Shown here in pieces: positions 13,537 to 27,096 of a stretch of 64,000 nt of DNA (position 1 is the stretch's first letter; each line of letters begins with the position of its first letter). The stretch is taken from NCBI RefSeq assembly GCF_006345805.1, contig NC_042998.1, positions 157,666,001-157,730,000 on the forward strand, written 5' to 3'. The notes beneath the pieces were generated by a model. That model worked only from the letters and a program-made list of their open reading frames with translations, searched no databases and was not told where the DNA came from. Source of the DNA: Octopus sinensis. Its lineage: Eukaryota. A program made the position numbers and the translations under genes.

Positions 13537-15562
13537 TCATTTCTTTCCTTCCCTGAGCGTTTATTAATACTTTGCTTGTACCACGTCCTCGCGTTGTAGT
13601 TTTTCTCATGTCTTTTTTCTCCGTTTTTTTCCATTAGCTATACTTATACTTATATATCCACGCTTATTTCAGCAAAATTATAGAATAACATTTTTTTCCT
13701 TATTTCTAAAACAGGTTCTGAATTTGTGTCTGCTTGATTGAATCTCTTGATTTCATTACATATTTCGAGTTCTTGTATCTAGGAAAGACATTATTTAGCA
13801 ATCCAGTCACCTATTGACATTTACCAGCGTCTCGAAGTCTTACTAGACATGGACATATAGAATGTGGGATACTAGTTTTATAATCCACCATTTACAATTT
13901 TCTCAATATACCATGTCCTATCTCGTTTTGTATTACATTTTCACCTATAGAACTAATGGAGAAGTGAAACCATTCATTATCAATGTTTAAGCAGACAATT
14001 GTAACATTTCCATAGTTTTCAACCTATTAAGAACAGACTTTTCTACTGACATTCCATTTCCATATCACATCAATATAATGATGAATTATTAGTGTATTTT
14101 AAGTACTATGGATATTTCCTGCTGATACCTTCGATGAAGAAACTGTAGCAGATGATAATATTCATTGAAAGCGTAGATTGTAAATACGATATCATGTCTC
14201 GTGGAAATCACAATGGTTGTATTGATGCTTTTGATAAATAGAACAGAGGGAAGTCTGTTTGTAGAATACGTTTTTTATGGCTTGTAATTGAACGTTACAA
14301 ACAAGTATTATTTGAAACATTTCGTTCCTGAATGTTGTATGTGTATATATATATAATCAAAATAGGCAACAAGGATATCCAGAGGTAATGCAGTACGATC
14401 GCTTCATGCGACTCCATTTAATTGAACAATGCAAATATTACATCAGTTTTAATATGTAGAGCAATCTTCAGCTGCATATAAAAATATAGAATTTAGTTAA
14501 ATTCAAAAGATTCATTTTCATAGTTATTCCATTAACCAAAATCACAAAGAGGGTAATTAGGTAGACAAAGAACAAGTTTCATCAGCAATATCATAGTAGT
14601 AACTGATATTTTTGCACAGGAAGACACTGCTTATCATTGATTTTACTTTGTTATTTAGATTTACTACTGGGGGATGGGGCTTACGTTATAGACTAGTTTA
14701 TCAAGTTTAGTGGAAAACAAGAATCTATCTTTTATGGATAGAGAAAAAGACAGAGCCATAAATCCAGATCCCTTTGAAGTAGAAACCATTTGGGTCCAGT
14801 AGAATATATTTCAGCCAAAATTAGCAGGCTAAAGCTGATGGGGTAGGGAGAGTACAACTTATAATACTTAACTATTTGACAGCTATAATCCCAATGGTAA
14901 TTTGAAATATATAGGTACATTTTACACAATATAGGGATGAAGAATATAAAAATAATTTCTTATTTATATAAGTTTCTATACCAATTTAACATATATTTAT
15001 AGTTAATTAGTAAATAGTAATTTATTGGTAGTAATGAACTAAATTAAATGTTAAAAATTAAATGTTAAAAATTTCATATATTTTCTATATGCTAATAACC
15101 TTAGAATATATTTCTTGTATTATAAAATAGATAGTGAAATATATCAGTATGGTTGCGTGTGAACTCAATAGAAATGTATTATCAATAAAATGATATAGTG
15201 GGTAAATAAGTAAGATAAAATGCTTTAAAATTAAAGTGAAGGAATTTAAATAAGTAAATTGAAAAATAAATATAAAATTTTTGTAGAATATTATCGATAA
15301 AGGGTACAATAGATTTGTGTTCTAAAAACTTATTATAGAATATACCTAGCTTATTTATATTAATAGGTGAGGTAAGCCGCTATAAGAAAATCTCTTATAA
15401 TTTTATTTCTAGATTAAAATTAATATTTACTTATCATGGGAATTGTCATGAATGACTAGTGTTTAATATCGAGTAAAGAAATGATCAAGTTATTGGGTAA
15501 AAGACTTATATAAAATTTTGGGTTCTATTATAGATTTAAGAAAAAGTTATTATTATTCCTTA

Positions 15563-16649
15563 TTAGCAGTATCACCCGGTGTTGCTTGGGTTTGTTTCGA
15601 CCCTTTAGAATTGGAATTTTTGAAAAGTAAAAATTTTGAATTATGCAACTTGTTATTCTCTTCAAGTGAACATTTTTTCCAGTTGAAATACACCGAAAAT
15701 GGTGACACAGCAGTCAAAAATCGTAAAAAATAGGGATTTTCATAGAAAAAAGCACCTTTTTCATGTCAAAAATGTTTGGTGTTAACATGGTCCGATTTGA
15801 ATTTTGTCTTCTACAGAATGAAGAGCAAGCCTTCTTCTGTCAGACTCTCAATTTTGGTCAACTTGCGCTGCAGGGTCTCGAAGGAGATAGTGTTAGTTGA
15901 AGGCTACCAAACCAGCCACACACAGACAACTTCAGCTTTATATATATAGATTTGCTACACACTACTTTCCATCCTTAATAATGAAATTTGGTAGATCTAA
16001 AAGTTAAACACGCAGACACACATACAGATACACACACAGGCACACAAGTTGAGTTTTATATATATAGATTTCTCAACGGGGATTTCAGGGGAGAGTTTCA
16101 GGGAGTCGTTGGCGATGTATCGCGATGATAAAAAATCGGCCTCCTAAAATTTGGTTAAAGTGATTCAAACTGCAGACAACGCAAAATGGTCACATTTAAT
16201 TCAAAGCGTTAAAAATGTTATGAAAACAATTGGCATGTGTTCACAAAGTCCAAACGATTAATACGAAAAAACCCTGCTGGTTACATCCCGAAAATTCATT
16301 TCTTTGCCGAATTTCTACAATGTTTACGGCGATTCGTTTTTATATCTTGATTTTTTATTTTTCACGCACTTTATGCATGCTTGCACGCGTGGTGAACACA
16401 GTTCACGTCAAACAGCTGACTGAGTAAAGTTCACTATTAAATGCATGGGATAAGACCTAAACAAATACATTATCGATTTTTGCACTTGCGAGATGAATTT
16501 CGGAACAGAAATAGCGCAGTTCAATTTTCATTCGCCGAAACTTTAAGTGACTCATTTTTGGTGGTTCTACGATTTGTTGGCTAGGGGGAGATGTGCCGGT
16601 AAGTTAAACAACAGATACACACACAAGTTGAGTTTTATATATATATAGA
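15563..16649 (-). mobile_element. Non-autonomous Helitron(s): one 3' end with three stacked 5' ends
   Basis: Minus-strand A|TC-tatatatataaa(a) starts at 15950, 16068 and 16649. 3' hairpin cccaagcaacaccggg followed by CTAA (decayed CTAG) at 15563-15566. Confidence 0.65.
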
Positions 16650-17329
16650 TATGATAATTTATATTTATTAATTGGTACTTATAAAATGTTAACTTCTTTA
16701 TCTACAATCTATTTAAAAAGCTTTCTAATACATACAAAGATCATAAGGGTGGGGTTGTTTTAGAGAAATAGAAACCAAATAACCTAGATATTATTATCTA
16801 TTCCTTTATCAGGTTTTGAATATTAATTAAGGGGATTTAGAAGAACATTTTATGAGAATATTCCTAGTAAATAAGGTATTAATTGGCACACATATCAAAA
16901 TCTTTAAAATATATTGGAAGGGTGGTAACCAAGGTGTAAGTTCCCAAAATTAGAAATATTTAAATTTAGTATTAAGAGTGAAGTGTAGTTTTATGAGGTA
17001 TAATAATTTAGGCTAGTTAGAGGTAATATTTATAATATTAATAAAAGAATTAGGTGGAGTAGAATTCCTGCAGATATAGATATGGAAATTACCAATTCTT
17101 TAAAACTTATTGTGGACTAGGTATACAACTTAATAATTTCATTAGATATATAGAATTTATGTCATAATTATAGATATTTATAAAAAGTTTATTCAACTTT
17201 ATTCAATTTGTTTATGTTACTAAATTTCTTAATAACTATTGTTGATTAAATAAAAAATAGTAGGGTATATTATTTCCTTATTGGATTTTAAAAAAGCATT
17301 AAGATCTAAAATTTAGGAATAACAAAAAT

Positions 17330-17951
17330 GCTATTCCTTAACATATTTAAAGGTAAGGGTAGTACAATGTATGCACGATAATCCCAGTTCAAAACGGTTA
17401 TTTAATAAGTTTACATTATCCCTGTGTTTCAAAATTTCATATATCTCCATAGAGCAAAGCTCACATCCATCCCTACTATTTTTATAAGGTTGTGCCTTTC
17501 TTACTATGTCCTATTTAAGGCTAAATCTAATATTATTTCCTTTTAACTCCCAAATTTTATTAGATAGCGTTGTGCAACCTGCCTTATGTTTAAGTCTAAA
17601 AGTTGAATTATGATTGTTTATACATTTCTCAGGTGTATAGTACAACCGAAATAATAAAGCTACGTTTTGAACCAGATACCGACCAGATACCGGACAGTGG
17701 GACCTGGTTCTACAATTACAACTGGGGGGGGGATGAATTTTGATATTAGTATTATTTGGGAACAAGTTGTTTTTATTGTTATTATTAATACTAATATCAA
17801 AAATCATCCCCCCCGGTTGTAATTGTATAACCAGGTCCCACTGTCGATATTTAGTCAGTGTTTGGTCCAAAATGTATTATATAAATGTACAGTAATGACT
17901 TCAAATAATAGCTTTATTTATATCGGTTGTACTATAGACCTGAAGAAACGT
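17330..17951. mobile_element. Penelope-like element relic (GIY-YIG endonuclease region), two arms in inverted orientation
   Basis: Minus strand: CNCRTRSHCPVSGRYLVQNV...TTLSNKIWELKGNNIRFSLK*DIVRKAQPYKNSRDGCELCSME. Plus strand: CLVQNVLYKCTVMTSNNSFIYIGCTIDLKKR. Inverted repeat 17693-17754 / 17786-17845. Confidence 0.75.
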
Positions 17952-17960
17952 GAAAAAACT

Positions 17961-18798
17961 CTGTTGCCAAACAGAGGGTTTTCCAGTAGCCGCCGTCTTG
18001 ACCCAGAACAGCACAACCTCCTCCAGACACTTGACGTAGGCCTCAGTGTTGAGTCTGAGGTTGTGTGGGAAGCTGAATGAAGGCATAACATCGCCATCAT
18101 TAGTGATCACACTAAACATAATGATGTTGACTGGATGTTTGATTTTTATCACTCCCGGTACATGTTTTGGGGACACGACACGCCAACGGTTGTTCTGAGT
18201 GTTGATAATCTGATCGTGGCATAAACATCTCTCGTCTGAAAAAAGACTAAAGCATGTTCGATTTGAGGGGATGCTTGAGTTTGTTCAGAAGTTTTGTTTG
18301 TTCAAAAGCTTGTCCTTGATGGCTTGGGATTAAAACTGGCTCTTTCTCATCTTGTATGCGGAATAGCAAATTTCTTCATGCACTACCTGCCTGATTAGAA
18401 ACTGGCAATGGTCTTGATTGAATTGGAGGGATCGTTGTCAATCATGGCCTGGATCTCACCAACGAGTTCAGTAGTTATTAGAATGATCAGAGTGAGTTTT
18501 CAAAGCTGCCGTACCTTCGTAATCCCCATTAGATTCTTCTAGCTCTTTTCGAATCCTCTGCACTTTCCTCAGATCGACACCCAAACACTCTGAAATGTTC
18601 GTATTAGAGCTTCCTGCACGAATGCCAAGCAGTACAAGATGTTGTTTTCAAATTTTTGGCAGAATGAATTGTCATGGTGAAGTTTTTCTCACAGACGGTG
18701 CCTAACTGATCCACATGTAGTCGACAAAATCAAAAACTAACAATGCAAATGCTCAAAATAAAAATATGAAATGGCGACAATTTACCCATCACACCCTG
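17961..18798 (-). mobile_element. 3'-truncated mariner-like transposon (maT/DD37D-like)
   Basis: Terminus cagggtgtgatgggtaaattgtcgcc with TA at 18799-18800. Frameshifted transposase ...FSDE...KHPVNIIMFSVITNDGDVMPSF...LRLNTEAYVKCLEEVVL...VWQQ, cut just before the second D. Confidence 0.8.
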
Positions 18799-18837
18799 TA
18801 CACGCGTGCGCACACACACACACATATACATATATTC

Positions 18838-18928
<91 letters not shown>

Positions 18929-21307
18929 ACTGCAGAGTACGTTTAGCAGACACAGAGACACCATTGGTTGTGTAAGACAAATCAATTCCACAGGCCAGAC
19001 GTTAATCAGTGACGATTCATTTAGAAGACCTATTGTTTTATAGTTTTTTTTTGGCTGATTTTCTCTGTCGTATTGATTCTGTATTATTATGGCCATTTCT
19101 ACTTCCATGACTACTGTGATATATTCTTTCAGTTGTGCATACTTCTACATTTTATTAAGCTAACTGCTATGAAGCGTTTTTGATATGACGACCGCTTTAA
19201 AATATTTTTGTTATGCCTATTGGTATAATGTATTTCTGTTGTTTGCTGTCATAAGATTATTTTGTTGTGATTAGTGATTGTTGAAACTGTAACTATTACG
19301 TCTCTTTTATGTTATGATTGTTATGTTAAGTCTTGTACCAGAATTCCTTTCATAACTATTGTATAGTCTTTTTAAATATAACAGCTAGTATACTGTCTCC
19401 TTGTCTCCCTACTTTCATAAAAGTTCGGTTAGTGGTAGTAAGACTACTGATATAGATTATATTGTTATAACTAATACTAACCCATATTTCTAATTAACCA
19501 TGCATACTACTGCGAAATCCTTCTGATTAAATACTACAACAATAAATTGTCTGTGTTATTATCATTACTTCGTTATGACTACTACTATCAGTATATTTGT
19601 TATTTGTACTGCTATACATATTTTGTTTTGACAGTTACCCTTGATATATTTTTCTATCATTACTCCTATAAAGTATTTTCAGCTATAACTACTGCCATAA
19701 AGTTTCATTTCTTTTTTTTGTTGTTGTGGTAACTACTATAAATAAGTTTGGCTGTAACTATTATTGTAAACTATTGTGAAGTTCACTTTTTTTTATTATT
19801 ATTTAGATTCCAGCCGTAATGTATTTTTGCTATGGCTACTATCAATAAAGTTTTATACAGTTTTATAATGAATTTGTCAGTTTTTTTTTGTTGCACAGAA
19901 ATAAAATGCAATCTATTTCACATGTCTGCACATATGAAAGATATACTATTTAATAATTTCGAGTCCATTTGTCAAGTTGTGAACACTCAAAAATAGAACC
20001 GATATATTTGCAGAAGTCAATCACCTGACATCGGCACTGCTACTTTAAACAAACAGTTATAATTCGGTTATGATGAGTATTAAACCCATAGGGTATTACG
20101 TCCGATAACTGTTCTGATTTTAGCGCTAAGAGTATAAATATCTTGGTGATGTGTATAATGCAGCGCTGATTATAAGTTACAAAACAAGAATCCTTTGACG
20201 TCTGCCCAATATTCGATTGGAACGAACAACCAGATTTTCATTAGTTCATGCTAATATATCAAACAGGAGCAAAAAAAGGTTATTCAACGCACGTTACAAA
20301 TACTGAGCTACAATTTAAAACTCTTATTATAAGCTCTGTTTTTCCTTTAATTTCGAACTATTCTACTGATCAAAGTTTTACAAATGAAAAATGAGAACTT
20401 TTGCTACTAAATATGATGCTCTACGTTGGAGAGAGTAGACTATGTACTACTTTGCATGGTAAAACTTACTGGTAGGGGCCTGTATTCAACGAAGTCATCG
20501 TTCTATGTGTTTGCATATATATGTTCCTGTGAATATACATAAATATGCTTAATGTATTCGCATTCACATGAAATTCACTGTGAATACAGTGTAATAATCT
20601 TGGATATAATTTAAATAAAAAAAACATAACTGTAATCTTCATCGATATTGCTTTTTGTTGTTGTTAATGCTTTGACTTTGATCGACTAATCCGTATGAGA
20701 ACATTTAAATATAAGTTATCATTTATAAAAACAGCGGTTCTATATACGCAAGTTATGTGTGTGTGTACATTTACACCCATACATTTACACACGCATACAC
20801 ACTTGTATAACATTTTTCTGCAGTTTGTGAAGCTGTATGTGTGTATTAATGTATGTGTACGTGTAAGTGTATACATGTGTGTATTGAGATACATGTGTGT
20901 ATTAAGAAAAAGAGAAATAAATATTAGCAAAGAGAACAAGAAAAGAAACAAAAAATAAAAGAATAATGGGAAGAATATTTTATTTTCGTAGTTGTTGCCG
21001 TTGTATTTGCTAGATACAATGGCAAAAACCTATATTTACATATGAAGAGATACCTCATAGAAGAGAATTCGATTATTATTCAATTATAAGTACTTAATTT
21101 ATCGATCTCCATTGGATGAAATATCCTGTCTACCCAAATTTTTCATCTGGTGTCATATATTGAACTTATTTAAGTATTGCAGAACCTAACGCGAGAGGCA
21201 AAGCCTTATAAATCAGCGACTGATTTCAGCTGAGTTTACAAATTAAATATCTCACCCCATTTCTCCCTCTCTCACGCTCTTTCTCTCTTGCTTTCCGTTC
21301 TCTCTGT

Positions 21308-21389
<82 letters not shown>

Positions 21390-21640
21390 TGTGTGTGTGT
21401 GTGTGTGCGTGTGTGTGCATTCATGCGTATAATTACCCTTTATACTTCTTATTTCACTCCTTTTCTAAAATAACTCCTTATATTGAAATCTACTATTTCT
21501 CTCTATTTAACCATCTTACATTGCCTCTGATGAAGGGATATCCCTAATATCCCAGAAACATCTGTAAGATTAACTTTCTCTTTATAAATATCCTGAAAAT
21601 TCCACACAGCCTTGGCTTTCTTGTCTCATTTTATGTTATA

Positions 21641-22363
21641 TCTCTCTATATATAAAACTGAGAATGTGTGTCTGTCTGTCTGTGTGTTTCCCTATAACTT
21701 GAGAACTACACAACTTTTTGCCTAGGGCGAGCCCACAGCAATATCATATCTTCACTACGATTCCCTAAAACTCGAGAACTACACAACCTATTTCATTAAA
21801 ATTCTACAGATGCCTTACTTAGGGTCCATGTAGTTTCATGGGCAAAAAATAATGTTCAACTTCTTGCCTAGGGCGAGCCCATAGAAATATCATATCTTCT
21901 CCACTATTTCAGTATTACGTGTTAAAAGTGAAACAAAAACATTTCTCTATTTTATGTCAGATACTTTCACTTTAACAATAAAAATAATAATAACAATTGA
22001 ATTATATGTTGTAAGTAATAATTAAAATCAAACTAAAGTGTAATATAATCGTAACATAGCAAAAGTAAAAATAGCAATTGGTATAAAATTGCATCAAGGA
22101 TTTGAACTTGAATAAGTGGTTTCACATGAATGGGAATAAATTAAAAATAAAATTAGCGTACAGAAATGGAATAGTCCTACAATTCCAGTCTGTTATATAT
22201 TTTCAGTATTGTTATCACTAGCGATATCGAGATATAACTTTGTATTTTGTATTTTATGTGTAGATGTATATATATAGATGTTCATGTAATATGTACACAC
22301 ATATATATACACATATATACATGCACTAGCACTATGACCCGGCAAAGATGGGTCATAATGCTA

Positions 22364-22364
<1 letters not shown>
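21641..22364 (+). mobile_element. Non-autonomous Helitron, 724 bp
   Basis: A|TC-tctctatatataaaactgagaatgtgtgtctgtc 5' end; 3' hairpin tatgaccc-ggcaaagat-gggtcata then CTAG|T; internal duplicated segment (gcctagggcgagccca at ~21720 and ~21866). Confidence 0.8.
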
Positions 22365-22397
<33 letters not shown>

Positions 22398-22813
22398 GTT
22401 TAGGCAAATATAAATGTACAGCAGTACGCATGTAGAAAAATATATGTGCGTGTGTGCGCGTGCGGCGGATATGTGTGTTTGTGAGTGTATGCGAGCGTAT
22501 GTCTTTGTATGCATGTGTATGTTTCGTACCTAAAGCTATATAATTACTTCCAGTGCTGACAGTTGCACTGTGCTTCTCATATGTATTTTTTAATCATTAA
22601 TGAAGTAAGCTGTATTAATAGCAAAAGGTAGTATCGATACCTTGTTAGAACACCGAATTTCGGCGTCCGTCCATGACAGCAGACGAATTTCGTCTGGTAC
22701 GAACTATACTGGTGCTTTTATGCAACAATTGCCTATACGAGAGGATCTCTCAGCGCTGATAACACAATAACCATTGTCCTAACAACGCATCCATGTTTAG
22801 GTTATCGTTTATA

Positions 22814-22978
22814 TACTCTTTTACTCGTTTCAATTATTTGACTGCGGTTGTGCTGGACCGCAATCACAAGGCTTTGGTCGGTCCGAGGCTATAGTAGATG
22901 ACAGTTGCCCAAGGTGTCACGTAGTGGGACTCAGCTCCTTGAGAAGCAAGCTTCTTACCACACAGCCACACCAGCGCC

Positions 22979-22980
<2 letters not shown>
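22814..22980 (-). mobile_element. tRNA-derived SINE (family B), internally deleted
   Basis: Reverse complement begins taggcgctggtgtggctgtgtggtaagaagcttgc; shares gggcaa..gt..tctactatagcc..gg.cgaccaaagccttgtg with copies at ~40040 and ~57976. Confidence 0.75.
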
Positions 22981-23015
<35 letters not shown>

Positions 23016-23079
23016 ATGTGTAGTATGTATGTATGAATGTATATAATATGCATGTATGCATGTATGATGATTGCTTCAT

Positions 23080-23240
23080 CTTAACTGCCGATCCATCAAC
23101 AGACGATCCATCAAACAGCACAACCCTCCATTGCTGAGCTCGCAGATGACTTTTAAGACCAGCTACTGACTGAGGAGGTTTAAAACACAATGGACAGATA
23201 TTCAAGTTTCTTTTACATCTTTGCTGCTTGGAATCTGCTT
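23080..23240 (-). mobile_element. Probable RTE-clade LINE 3' tail with degenerate C2H2-like finger
   Basis: Minus translation ICPLCFKPPQSVAGLKSHLRAQ (C-x2-C-x12-H), typical of RTE ORF C-termini; followed by short (ATC)-type repeats. Confidence 0.45.
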
Positions 23241-23397
23241 CTGAAGGAATGTTTTGTGACCTAGCATATATCTCTTAAGACCAGTTATTGTTTTGAACCC
23301 TAATCGACTCTTACAGCTTGTATATGTATATGACTAATACATCTGTTTGTTTTGTACCCCACCTGTCTTCGTCTTTTGTTTTTTCGTAAACTCTCCC

Positions 23398-23432
<35 letters not shown>

Positions 23433-23492
23433 TTATTTACGGAGATGTACTTGCATAGCGAGTGACTTGATCTGAGATCGTGTGCTGGAACG

Positions 23493-23930
<438 letters not shown>

Positions 23931-23971
23931 GTTTGTATGTATGTATATACATATGTGTGTGCATATATATG

Positions 23972-24034
<63 letters not shown>

Positions 24035-24039
24035 GTGTG

Positions 24040-24079
<40 letters not shown>

Positions 24080-24104
24080 CGTGTGTGTGTATATATATAT
24101 ATAT

Positions 24105-24536
24105 GGGCGAGTGTATATATGTATGTATGTATGAGCTGATTACATATACTGTAGCCGTGTATCATTCCAATATGGGCTCCATTTTACGCTTGTTTATCAT
24201 GAATGCTCAAGTGCTGTTTCAATCCCCCACGGGATTGTAGGTTCTTTTGGCAGATACTGCATTGAAAGTTGTCATCCGGAAATAAGTCTTAATAGTACAT
24301 TATGCCTTCCCCAAATGGGACAATCTCATACCAGCATTAGAAATGCATACTTTTGTCTATACAAAACGTATAAAGAAGGAATGAGAAACTCTCGCAACAG
24401 CTATTGATAATAATCTCATTACGACATTTTCTTTTCATTTAACGCTGTCAAGCTCAAAATATTGAACACCAATCCAGATAGTAACACCTTACGCAAAGCA
24501 ATCAATGTTTTCAAGTGAAAAATAATGCACACAAAC

Positions 24537-24569
<33 letters not shown>

Positions 24570-24737
24570 TGTATGTATGTATGTATGTATGTATGTATGT
24601 ATGTATGTATGTATGTATCTATCTATCTATCTATCTATATATATATATTAGCTTAGACATTGCGAGACTAATAACCGGTGTAGAATTCAATATACAAATA
24701 TTTCAGAGCAGTGTAGAATTTCCCCCTCCCCACTCTC

Positions 24738-24795
<58 letters not shown>

Positions 24796-25252
24796 CGTGT
24801 GTGTGTATATATATATATATGGGCGAGTGTATATATGTATGTATGTATGAGCTGATTACATATACTGTAGCCGTGTATCATTCCAATATGGGCTCCATTT
24901 TACGCTTGTTTATCATGAATGCTCAAGTGCTGTTTCAATCCCCCACGGGATTGTAGGTTCTTTTGGCAGATACTGCATTGAAAGTTGTCATCCGGAAATA
25001 AGTCTTAATAGTACATTATGCCTTCCCCAAATGGGACAATCTCATACCAGCATTAGAAATGCATACTTTTGTCTATACAAAACGTATAAAGAAGGAATGA
25101 GAAACTCTCGCAACAGCTATTGATAATAATCTCATTACGACATTTTCTTTTCATTTAACGCTGTCAAGCTCAAAATATTGAACACCAATCCAGATAGTAA
25201 CACCTTACGCAAAGCAATCAATGTTTTCAAGTGAAAAATAATGCACACAAAC

Positions 25253-25285
<33 letters not shown>

Positions 25286-25452
25286 TGTATGTATGTATGT
25301 ATGTATGTATGTATGTATGTATGTATGTATCTATCTATCTATCTATCTATATATATATATATTAGCTTAGACATTGCGAGACTAATAACCCGGTGTAGAA
25401 TTCAATATACAAATATTTCAGAGCAGTGTAGAATTTCCCCCTCCCCACTCTC

Positions 25453-25485
<33 letters not shown>
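24105..25485. repeat. Near-identical tandem duplication, period 716 bp, bounded by (TA)n/(TG)n microsatellites
   Basis: gggcgagtgtatatatg starts at 24105 and 24821; by eye the units differ only in microsatellite length and a 1-bp indel (ataaccggtg vs ataacccggtg). Confidence 0.95.
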
Positions 25486-25488
<3 letters not shown>

Positions 25489-26240
25489 TCAGGCACTCAA
25501 CTACGAGCCCATTGCATCCTATAGCAGAAGCAGATATATATATATATATATGTCTTTAGTGTGTTATGTCTTTTATAAGACTGTCATGCTGTGAAGTCGC
25601 CATTTTCATAATCTTTTTAATGACCATTCTTATATGAATGGCGTTTAATGAATGAAGGGATGATATAGTGTTGCCCTCATTTTAGTTTTTTACCGTGATA
25701 GTAGCTCATCAGGATTCTTGAACAGCTGAAGGTCAAGGTTTTTCTTGAAACCACCTGCTCCTACTCCATGTACATTATTTATTTATTTATTTATTATTTG
25801 TATTTTTATCCATTAGTATATGTTAAGTAAGATTATACTGAAGATATAGAGTATCATGGTGATATATTAAAGGTAGGGGTAGTGAAAAATGTTGAGGAAC
25901 CCAGACCTGAAGATTGAGAGTATGTCGATACGACTAAGTATTGAAACTAGATACCTCGCATCTAATCAATACCGATGCACTTTCATGAAACACGTGTAGT
26001 CTTATATAGGAAAATATAGGATTCAGAATAGATATAGTTAGTATAATATTTAATATTTAATATTTTATGGAGTGGTCGGGTACAAAATCTTTCAGTGTTG
26101 ATTGAGTTGAAAGTGGTTCTGTCTCTAAAACTTCTTTTATATATACGAATTAAACATTGAGAGATGCTCATTTCAGTACATCCAATTTGAATGTTTTTTT
26201 CCTGAGTACTCGGAAGTAATATTCCGTAATAATCATAATC

Positions 26241-26282
<42 letters not shown>

Positions 26283-26284
<2 letters not shown>

Positions 26285-27023
26285 TGCAGCACAAGACCAA
26301 AGCCTCCCCACCAGAAATTACCAAAAACATGTAATGAAAAGAAATATAACAAGTAACTGCAGAATATGTAGAGATGGACAAGAAACAATAAATCATATTA
26401 TCTCTGGCTGCCCAGTCCTGGCTAAGAAGGAATATATTCACAGACATGACAGAGTTGGAACCTACATACACTGGAAGCTATGCCAACATTATGGAATAAC
26501 AACAGAAAAAAAGATGGTATAGGCACACACCAGAAAAGGTCACAGAAAACGAGAAAGCAACCATACTCTGGGATATGCCGATACACACAGATAGAGAAAT
26601 TAAGGCCAACAGACCAGATATAGTTGTTAGAGATCATGAAGAAAAAAAAATGCTTTCTAATTGATATATCAATACCGGTAGATGACAGCGTGTCTCTAAA
26701 AGAAATGGAGAAACTTTCAAAATACAAAGACCTGGAAATAAAGGTAACCAGAATGTGGAATCTAAAAACAGAAAGAATTCCTATCATAGTAGGTGCATTA
26801 GACATGATAAAAAAATATTCAGACAAATACATAACAAAAACACCAGGACTTACAAACACATATAACATACAGAAAATTGCACTACTAGGCACTGCACACA
26901 TCCTACCCAGAACACTTTCCATACAATAACCATCAGAGCATCACAACAAATCACAGCACATACCTAAGGCACACAGAGCTGCGCTCGGTAGTGAAGTGAG
27001 AACACGCTATAAAAATAAAACTA

Positions 27024-27028
<5 letters not shown>
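26283..27028 (+). mobile_element. Dong/R4-clade non-LTR retrotransposon, 5'-truncated (CCHC finger + restriction-like endonuclease)
   Basis: IAAQDQSLPTRNYQKH...CRICRDGQETINHIISGC...RHDRVGTYIHWKLC; after frameshifts WDMPIHTDREIKANRPDIVV...LIDISIP...EKLSKYKDL...QKIALLGTAHIL; (TAA)n on both sides. Confidence 0.9.

Positions 27029-27096
<68 letters not shown>

Noticed and set aside
20194-20225. Promoter-like TGACGTC plus inverted CCAAT pair
   Set aside because: Short motifs expected by chance; no associated exon, CpG enrichment or TSS evidence.
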